Part shown: in pieces, positions 57,575 through 64,000 of the stretch
Layout of the letters: each line of letters opens with the position of its first letter
How positions within the stretch are numbered: the stretch's first letter is position 1
Assembly: GCA_947252645.1 (NCBI GenBank)
Contig: CAMXWF010000003.1
Location: forward strand, 65,974 to 129,973
Length of the DNA stretch: 64,000 nt
Reading direction: 5' to 3'
Source of the DNA: an uncultured Bacteroidia bacterium
Lineage (GTDB): Bacteria > Bacteroidota > Bacteroidia > Bacteroidales > CAJPTX01
Translations under genes and position numbers: made by a program
Notes under the pieces: model-generated
The model's database searches: none
Told to the model about the DNA's origin: nothing
What the model saw: only the letters and a program-made list of their open reading frames with translations

Positions 57575-58276
57575 CTAATTGAGTACGAAGACCACCGGCA
57601 CGTTGTAGCCGACGCGGGCGGGCTTGCCTCGCTGGCGCCCGGGGGACCACTTGGGGCTGCTCTTGACCACGCGGATGGCCTCACGGTCGAGCAGTGGGTC
57701 AACCCCCGATATGACCTTGACATTGCTCACCGACCCATCGCGCTCCACAACGAACGAAACGCGCACGCGCCCTTGAATTCCGGCTTCCGCGGCTACCTCA
57801 GGGTACTTGGTGTTGTTCTTGATGTACTCGCGGAACTTGTCCAGTCCACCGCCCTGGAAGGTGGGCATCTCCTCGGCGAAGTAGATGATCTGTTCCTCTT
57901 CCACCTCCTCCTCTTCGCCAGCTCCGCTCTCCATGTACTCCGTCAGATCCACTGTGGCAGCCTCATCGAACTCCATGTCGAAGGGGTTCTCCTCGCTGAA
58001 CTCCACATCGCGATCCACGATCTGGATTTTGGAAACAATCTTCGGGGCTTCGGGCGGAGCCGCTAGGGGCTTCTGCTCTTGCCGTTGCTCGGTGATCGGG
58101 ATGATCTCCTCCTCCACTGCAGGCCCCTGGTCGCGCACCACCCCTGTATCTATCTCACCGCGCGACTTAACATTGAAGATCACGATGCAGATACCCAACG
58201 AGAGGCACAGGCCAATGAGGAAGAACACCAATTTGTAGCGTTCTAGATTTGCTTCCGGCGACTTCTTGATTTCCAT
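57575..58276 (-). CDS. TonB-family protein, paralog 2 (acidic linker)
   Basis: 233 aa with a TM helix, a Glu-rich linker and a C-terminal domain ~70% identical by eye to paralog 1 (VRVSFVVERDGSVSNVKV...). Confidence 0.85.
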   Translation of the reverse strand: MEIKKSPEANLERYKLVFFLIGLCLSLGICIVIFNVKSRGEIDTGVVRDQGPAVEEEIIPITEQRQEQKPLAAPPEAPKIVSKIQIVDRDVEFSEENPFDMEFDEAATVDLTEYMESGAGEEEEVEEEQIIYFAEEMPTFQGGGLDKFREYIKNNTKYPEVAAEAGIQGRVRVSFVVERDGSVSNVKVISGVDPLLDREAIRVVKSSPKWSPGRQRGKPARVGYNVPVVFVLN

Positions 58277-58330
58277 ACGCTTCTCCTATATTACTCGGCT
58301 CGGACACCCCGCAGCCGCAGTTTCCGACTC

Positions 58331-58338
58331 CAAAGGTA
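58331..58338 (-). promoter_or_regulatory. -7 promoter box (TACCTTTG) for TonB paralog 2
   Basis: TAnnTTTG consensus ~55 nt upstream of the ATG at 58276. Confidence 0.55.
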
Positions 58339-58472
58339 ACATTTTTCCACTCTATAGTTCCCTGCCTCGTCCAAAGTGAGCTAGGACAACCAGTCCAATT
58401 TGTTGCTTCCCGCCGATGCTGCGTGGGCAGAGAACCGTGCGGTGCGCTTGAGGATTCGCTCCCTCGGCGCGC

Positions 58473-59069
58473 CTAGCAGCCGTGGCCCTTTGCTTGGTAA
58501 AGCCTGGCTGCCGTGCACAGCTGGGCGTAGAACGCAGCCCCGAAAGCCCGCAGCAGCGGCTCCTTGAGGAACTCATGGAGTAGGAGGCCCTCCCGCGCAC
58601 CCTTGTCCAGAGCCGCCCGGCAAATATGCCACTGGTCGTAGCGCAGCATGGTCATCATGCCCCGATGCTCTACCCTTATGGGATAAAGCGCGCACGAGAT
58701 GGGCTTATCTACGGGTACCTTTCCCTGCTCTCGTAGGCGGGTCAATGTGCAGTAGAAGCAGCCCGCTTGTTGGCCCGCAAAGGCGCAGCGTCCGCCCCGC
58801 ACCAGCTGGGTGACCCACTCGCCCGACGCGTCGCGATAGCTTACGCCCTGCGCCAGGGCCTGCTGGGCATCGGGGGGCAGGTGCGGCGCAATGGCGTGGC
58901 AGTGGGCTTCCAGCTGCTCCACCTCGCGGGGCACCAGGGGTGCACCACTCTCCCCCTCGAAGCAGCAGATTCCGTGGCAGGCCGCAAGGTCGCACGCAAA
59001 ATGCGTGGCGAGGATGCGGGCATCAACAATCTTATCGCCCAGCTGAACCAGTGCATGGCAAGAGGTCAT
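58473..59069 (-). CDS. DUF3109-like Cys-rich protein
   Basis: 198 aa with Cys clusters (CDLAACHGICC, CAF...CFYC). It starts 13 nt after gpmI. Family assignment is recalled. Confidence 0.6.
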   Translation of the reverse strand: MTSCHALVQLGDKIVDARILATHFACDLAACHGICCFEGESGAPLVPREVEQLEAHCHAIAPHLPPDAQQALAQGVSYRDASGEWVTQLVRGGRCAFAGQQAGCFYCTLTRLREQGKVPVDKPISCALYPIRVEHRGMMTMLRYDQWHICRAALDKGAREGLLLHEFLKEPLLRAFGAAFYAQLCTAARLYQAKGHGC

Positions 59070-59081
59070 GGCGGCTGTGGG

Positions 59082-60620
59082 CTAGCTCAGCAGCGGCTTA
59101 CCAGTCATGGCCGCTGGCTGGGGCAGCGCCAGCAGCTGGAGGAGGGTGGGAGCCACGTCGGCCAGGATGCCCGAACGCACGTGCTGAAAGCGGTCGGTCA
59201 CGGCGATAATAGGCACGGGGTTGAGCGAATGGGCGGTGTTGGGGGAGCCGTCAGCATTGACGGCGTTGTCGGCGTTGCCGTGGTCGGCGATGATCAGCAT
59301 GTCGTAGCCGTGTTGCCGGGCGGCGGCATAGAGCCGACCTACGCAGGCATCCACGGTGGCCACCGCTTTCTGGATGGCCGGGTAGACACCCGTATGGCCC
59401 ACCATATCTCCATTGGCAAAATTGAGGCACACGAAGGCGTATTTCTCCAGCGCGAGGGCCTCCACGAGCTTATCGGTGACTAGGTTGGCACTCATCTCGG
59501 GCTGCAGATCGTAGGTGGCCACCTTGGGCGAGGGCACTAGGATACGCTCTTCCCCGGGAAACACCGCCTCGCGCCCGCCCGAAAAGAAGAAGGTAACATG
59601 GGCATATTTCTCCGTCTCGGCAATGCGTAGCTGCTGGAGGCCGTGGGCCGACACCGTTTCCCCGAGCGTGTCGTGGAGGTTCTCCTTGTCGTAGGCCACC
59701 TCTAGCCCCTGGAAGGCCTCATCGTAGCGGGTCATGGTGACGTAGTGGAGCGGCACGCGCTGCATGCCCTGCTCGGGCATATCCTGCTGCGTGAGCACCA
59801 TGGTCAACTCGCGCAAGCGGTCGGTACGGAAATTGAAGCAAACCACGGCATCGCCCGCCTGGATAGGCCCCACGGGCTGTCCCTGCCCGTCTACCACTAC
59901 GATGGGCTCTATGAACTCATCGGTGACTCCACGGGCGTAGCTGTCCTGAATGCCCTGGGCGGGGTCGGTGCAGGGGGTACCCTCACCGTGCACCACCAGC
60001 TGGTAGGCCTTGCGGATGCGTTCCCAACGCTTGTCGCGATCCATGGCGTAGTAGCGCCCCACCACGGAAGCCACCTGCACCCCGGTACCCTTGAGCTCTG
60101 CCTGGAGTGCCTGCATAAAGCCAAGGCCGCTGTGGGGATCGGTATCGCGACCATCCATGAAGGCATGGACATACACCCGAGCCAAGCCTCGGCTATGGGC
60201 CATATGGCAGAGCTTGTAGAGATGCTTATCGAGCGAATGGACCCCCCCATCGGAGAGCAGCCCCATGAAGTGGAGGGCCTTGCCCTCGTGCGCCGCGTAG
60301 TCCATGGCCGCCGTGAGGGCGGGGTTGTGCTCAATGGCCCCGCTCGCAATATCGCGGTTGATGCGCACCAGGTCCTGGTAGACGATGCGCCCAGCCCCAA
60401 TGTTGAGATGCCCCACCTCGGAGTTGCCCATCTGCCCCTCGGGCAGCCCCACCCGCTCTCCGCAGGTGATCAACTGGGCATGCGGATATCGAGCCCTCAG
60501 CGCATCGAGCTGCGGCGTGGGGGTGCTGGCAATGGCATCGCGCGTAGACCCATCCCCTTGCCCCCACCCGTCGAGGATAATCAGGAGAGCCCTACGGTTA
60601 TCGTTCTTTTCTGGTTGCAT
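59082..60620 (-). CDS. gpmI: 2,3-bisphosphoglycerate-independent phosphoglycerate mutase
   Basis: 512 aa with LIILDGWG, GNSEVGHLNIGAGR and ADHGNA blocks. Confidence 0.95.
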   Translation of the reverse strand: MQPEKNDNRRALLIILDGWGQGDGSTRDAIASTPTPQLDALRARYPHAQLITCGERVGLPEGQMGNSEVGHLNIGAGRIVYQDLVRINRDIASGAIEHNPALTAAMDYAAHEGKALHFMGLLSDGGVHSLDKHLYKLCHMAHSRGLARVYVHAFMDGRDTDPHSGLGFMQALQAELKGTGVQVASVVGRYYAMDRDKRWERIRKAYQLVVHGEGTPCTDPAQGIQDSYARGVTDEFIEPIVVVDGQGQPVGPIQAGDAVVCFNFRTDRLRELTMVLTQQDMPEQGMQRVPLHYVTMTRYDEAFQGLEVAYDKENLHDTLGETVSAHGLQQLRIAETEKYAHVTFFFSGGREAVFPGEERILVPSPKVATYDLQPEMSANLVTDKLVEALALEKYAFVCLNFANGDMVGHTGVYPAIQKAVATVDACVGRLYAAARQHGYDMLIIADHGNADNAVNADGSPNTAHSLNPVPIIAVTDRFQHVRSGILADVAPTLLQLLALPQPAAMTGKPLLS

Positions 60621-60721
60621 GGTGTGCTAATCTTATATACAGCGGGAAGTGTCGGGACGGTACACGTCAGGCTGGAAGCCCAGTTACGACATACCCTCCA
60701 GGGCACTTCGACTCACGGGGG

Positions 60722-60729
60722 CAAAGGTA
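60722..60729 (-). promoter_or_regulatory. -7 promoter box (TACCTTTG) for gpmI-DUF3109
   Basis: TAnnTTTG consensus ~100 nt upstream of the gpmI ATG, divergent from the sensor promoter. Confidence 0.55.
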
Positions 60730-60763
60730 TTGATTTCACGGGGAGTATGGATGCCGTTTTTCC

Positions 60764-60771
60764 TACCTTTG
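60764..60771 (+). promoter_or_regulatory. -7 promoter box (TACCTTTG) for the sensor gene
   Basis: TAnnTTTG consensus. It forces the sensor start downstream of the ORF-track start (60776). Confidence 0.55.
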
Positions 60772-60805
60772 CGGGGTGTCGCCTGGCCTTGACCAACTCC
60801 AAGGC

Positions 60806-63154
60806 ATGCCACGAACCGCTAACACGCCAAGCATGCACACGCATAACCGACTCTGGCTCCAGCTTCTCTACCTGCTCACCGCTACGGCAGGAGCCATCAT
60901 GCTGGTGGTCTCGCTCCTCTTAGCCTCCACCAACCACGAACGCCTACTGCGCGAATCCTATAGCAACATCCAGCTCACCGCCCGCTTGGCCTCCCAGGAG
61001 GTCTACCTCCACTTTGAGCGCTACCTGGCCAGCATGCAATCGCTGGCCGCGGCCTTCCAGACCTACTACCTGCGCCCCGGATCCGTGTGGCAGCGCGACT
61101 ACCTTGAGGCCATGACGCAAGTGCTTGGGCAAAACCCCGACATGCTCTCCATATGGGACAGCTGGGAGTTCTACGCCATCAAACCCGGCTACTCCTTGCC
61201 CTACGGACGCCTGTCCAGGGCGGTATGGCGCGACTCGACCGGCGCACCCCAGCACGATGAAGCCAACCTGAGCCTCATGGGCGACCCAGAGCCCTACGCC
61301 AAGGCCAAGGCGCAGGGCGGCCCCATGCTCTGGGAGCCATACGTCGATGTCTCCTCCAACAACAGCAATCGAGGCCTCTACATGACGACCGTCTCGGCGC
61401 CCATCATGCACAACAACCGCTACGTGGGCCTAGTGGCCTGCGACCTCTCCCTCGACTGGCTCAACCATTTCCTCGACAGCATCACACCAACCCCCAACTG
61501 CACCAACTTCCTCCTCTCCAGCGACGCCCACATCGTTGCCTGCCACAATTCCAACCTACAGCAGGAGGGGCTGGAGGCTATCTTCCCCAACGAAGACGTA
61601 CGCAACAACATCCAGGAAAGCATCCTCCTAGGGCGAGAATACTCCTTCATCCACACCGACGCCGCAGGTAAGCGCTCCTACGTCTTCATCACCCCCATAG
61701 CCCAAAACCAACTCTTCGCCCCTTGGGCTATGGGCATCATCGAGCCCCTCGCCACCGTCACCACGCAGGCCGACCGCGGACTCCTGACCGCCCTGATCGC
61801 GCTGATCATCTCCATCGCAATAACCGCCGCCTGCTTCGCCGCTATCCTCCGCAACAGGCTGCGAGCCATGACGCCCATCCACGAGGCCTGCACCCGACTG
61901 GCCAACGGTCAGCCCGCAGACAACATCCCGCTCAAGTTCCGCACCTCCAACGAACTCAAAAGCATCGGGAAGAGCCTCATGCAAATCAGCAAGCAGCAGG
62001 GCGAACTCGTCCAGCAGCTCCAAGAACTCAACGCAGACCTCACAAAACAGCCCCTCGGGAAGGAAGGGGACAACCCCATCGCCCAAGCCATCGGAGCCCT
62101 GAAGTCCTACATGCTCTCCGTGCAGAAAGAAAATCAGGAAAAACGCCTAGACGGCGAAATGAAAGCCTGGATCAACGAGGGCATCTCGCAATGTAGCCTC
62201 ACCATCCGAAACAACGCCAACGACATTGAGACCCTCTGCGACCAGCTAACCCTGCAAATCACCCGCTACATCGGCGCCAACCAGGGCGCCTTTTACCTGC
62301 TCTGGCCACAGCAAGACCCCAAGGCCAGACCTTGCTACAAGCTACAAACCGCCTTTGCTTGGGAACGGAAACGACACCTCCACGACGAGTTCCCCCTCGG
62401 CGTCGGCCTGGTAGGCGCCTGCGCCATGGAGCGACAGCCCCTCTTCGTCACCGACCTCCCCGCAGACTTCCCCAAAATCCCCACAGGAGTCGGCGACTCC
62501 GCTCCACGATGCGCCCTACTCATCCCGCTTATCCACAAGGACACCGTGATCGGCGTGCTGGAGTTCACCGCGGTGGACATCCTACCCCCAAGAACCAAAA
62601 ACCTCCTCACCGAGCTGGCCCCCTCCATCGCCTCAAACATCGCAAGCGTAAAAGCCAATAGCCAAAACCACCAGCTCCTACAAAACGCCCTGAGCAACCA
62701 AGATAGACTCCAAAAGCTCAACCAGTCCATATCGCAGCGCGTCAACGACCTAGAGGAGTTCTCAAGCCAGCTCAAAACACAGCTCCAGGAAAGCCGCCAC
62801 GAAAACATCGTCCTGCACAATGCATTCTTCACCACGCAATACACCCCACGCGGCATCTTGACCGATGCCAGCGAAAACTACCTCACGCTGCTTAGAGTCC
62901 CCAAAGACGAAATCCTTGGCACCTACTTCTGCACCGACCTAGAGGTGCCTGGATGGACACGCCGACAATTCGATGAGTTCTGGTACAAAGTCATCAATAA
63001 GGGCCCACAAACCCTCGTGGTCTCCCTGGATATCCACGATGATGCCCCCCTACAGCTGCTCGAACGCTATATCCCCTTCTACGACAACGAGAAGGTAATT
63101 TGCCGCGTAGTCAAGTTCTCCACGCTGCTCAACCAACCCAACACACTAACCTAA
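60806..63154 (+). CDS. membrane sensor: TM - Cache-like periplasmic domain - TM - HAMP - coiled coil - GAF - coiled coil - PAS-like, no recognisable output domain
   Basis: ~782 aa (ATG at 60806 or 60833). Two TM helices flank ~280 aa with Cache-like patterns (YVGLVACDLSLDWL). HAMP follows TM2. The GAF block reads GANQGAFYLL...GVGLVGACAMERQPLFV...VIGVLEF. The C-terminal ~110 aa is PAS-like. Confidence 0.75.
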   Translation: MPRTANTPSMHTHNRLWLQLLYLLTATAGAIMLVVSLLLASTNHERLLRESYSNIQLTARLASQEVYLHFERYLASMQSLAAAFQTYYLRPGSVWQRDYLEAMTQVLGQNPDMLSIWDSWEFYAIKPGYSLPYGRLSRAVWRDSTGAPQHDEANLSLMGDPEPYAKAKAQGGPMLWEPYVDVSSNNSNRGLYMTTVSAPIMHNNRYVGLVACDLSLDWLNHFLDSITPTPNCTNFLLSSDAHIVACHNSNLQQEGLEAIFPNEDVRNNIQESILLGREYSFIHTDAAGKRSYVFITPIAQNQLFAPWAMGIIEPLATVTTQADRGLLTALIALIISIAITAACFAAILRNRLRAMTPIHEACTRLANGQPADNIPLKFRTSNELKSIGKSLMQISKQQGELVQQLQELNADLTKQPLGKEGDNPIAQAIGALKSYMLSVQKENQEKRLDGEMKAWINEGISQCSLTIRNNANDIETLCDQLTLQITRYIGANQGAFYLLWPQQDPKARPCYKLQTAFAWERKRHLHDEFPLGVGLVGACAMERQPLFVTDLPADFPKIPTGVGDSAPRCALLIPLIHKDTVIGVLEFTAVDILPPRTKNLLTELAPSIASNIASVKANSQNHQLLQNALSNQDRLQKLNQSISQRVNDLEEFSSQLKTQLQESRHENIVLHNAFFTTQYTPRGILTDASENYLTLLRVPKDEILGTYFCTDLEVPGWTRRQFDEFWYKVINKGPQTLVVSLDIHDDAPLQLLERYIPFYDNEKVICRVVKFSTLLNQPNTLT

Positions 63155-63161
63155 GCTCCCC

Positions 63162-64000
63162 ATGGGTACACTCCGTCTCAGGGCCCACGCGCAGCTTGCG
63201 CTCTTGCTCCTCAGCCTCGTGCTCTGGGCGGGGAAGGCTACGGCCCAAGCACCCCGCGAGAGCGTCCGCATCCTGGTGAGCAACCATATGGGCAAACCCA
63301 CTGCCGTCTCCCTAGTCCTCATCAACAATGCCCGTCACGAACGTCTCCTCGTAGAAGCCAACGAATACGGGCTCGCCTTCGCCACCCTGCTGCCAAACGT
63401 CCCCTACACCATCGCCACCGATGGCTTCACGAACCTCGGGCAAATCACCGTGCCAAGTAAAAACAACGGCGACTACACCTACTACCTCAAGCTCCCCAAG
63501 CCCCAGCTCAAAAACCTCAACGCCACCCCAGGCAAAGGGCTAGTGCAGTTCACCTACATCAACAAGCTGGGAAAACCCGAAAAAAACATCTCCCTCAAGG
63601 CCACCAGCAATAGCGGGCACACCTACACGGCCAAAACCAACGACCAAGGCACTTGTCAGCTCACCCTGCCACTCAACAGCTCCTACACCTTCTCCGCGGG
63701 TGCCTACTCCAACTTCACCACACACACCTTCGCCGCGCTACCAGCCTTCCAAACGGCCACCATCACCCTGGAAGAGGCCAAAGAAATGGCCCGACGCAAA
63801 AAACTAGCCGAGGCAACTGCGCAGGCAAAAAAAGACATCTCCGCCCCAGCTAAGCGCCCCACCATGCGCAACCACAGGGACAGCGTCACGGGGGCCCGCA
63901 ACGCCCTACAGTCCACGCTCAGAGGCAGCGTGCAGCTCTCCTACAGCATCCCTCCAAGGAGCAAAAACCACGGGCCAAAAGTCTCCAAACAAGTAGTCAA
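63162..64000 (+). CDS. secreted hypothetical protein, 5' part (runs off window end; not in ORF track)
   Basis: I translated from the ATG at 63162 to base 64000 with no stop (279 codons). It has a signal peptide (LLLLSLVLWAGKATAQA) and two beta-sandwich-like repeats resembling carboxypeptidase-regulatory domains, then a Lys/Ala-rich helix. It starts 8 nt after the sensor stop. Confidence 0.6.
   Translation, partial: MGTLRLRAHAQLALLLLSLVLWAGKATAQAPRESVRILVSNHMGKPTAVSLVLINNARHERLLVEANEYGLAFATLLPNVPYTIATDGFTNLGQITVPSKNNGDYTYYLKLPKPQLKNLNATPGKGLVQFTYINKLGKPEKNISLKATSNSGHTYTAKTNDQGTCQLTLPLNSSYTFSAGAYSNFTTHTFAALPAFQTATITLEEAKEMARRKKLAEATAQAKKDISAPAKRPTMRNHRDSVTGARNALQSTLRGSVQLSYSIPPRSKNHGPKVSKQVV

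Overview
This is a high-GC (roughly 58-60% by eye) chromosomal segment that looks Bacteroidales/Bacteroidota. Almost every operon is preceded by the phylum-typical -7 promoter box TAnnTTTG. It also carries family-typical genes (DUF4837, DUF5686, DUF4831, DUF5606, DUF3109, ExbB-ExbD-TonB, TonB-dependent receptor). About 55 protein genes are mostly housekeeping: alr, pfs-luxS, manA, ispH, a UvrD-type helicase, rny, zapA, rnhA, pyk, fbp, parE, miaA, rmuC, era, thrS-infC-rpmI-rplT, a seven-gene thi operon, recQ and gpmI. Two riboswitches are readable directly. One is a cobalamin riboswitch in front of a TonB-receptor plus exported CbiK-like lipoprotein operon. The other is a TPP riboswitch in front of thiS. 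I saw no rRNA, tRNA, CRISPR array, transposase or integrase. The items most worth a second look are these. (1) A ~3.7 kb accessory islet (42.2-45.9 kb) with a decayed AAA-ATPase gene, a DUF262(ParB-like)-HNH nuclease and an M.EcoRI-family methyltransferase, forming a restriction-modification-like pair of unusual composition. (2) An aspartase with an N-terminal cyclic-nucleotide-binding-like domain. (3) A Cache-HAMP-GAF-PAS membrane sensor with no recognisable output domain, coupled to a secreted protein. (4) A ~240-nt highly structured element between zapA and rny, which could be 6S-like or an rny leader. (5) A dispersed repeat family made of phased 11-mers. (6) Several 0.5-0.9 kb ORF-free gaps, including spacers around tandem TonB paralogs. 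All family assignments come from motif reading and recall, not database searches.
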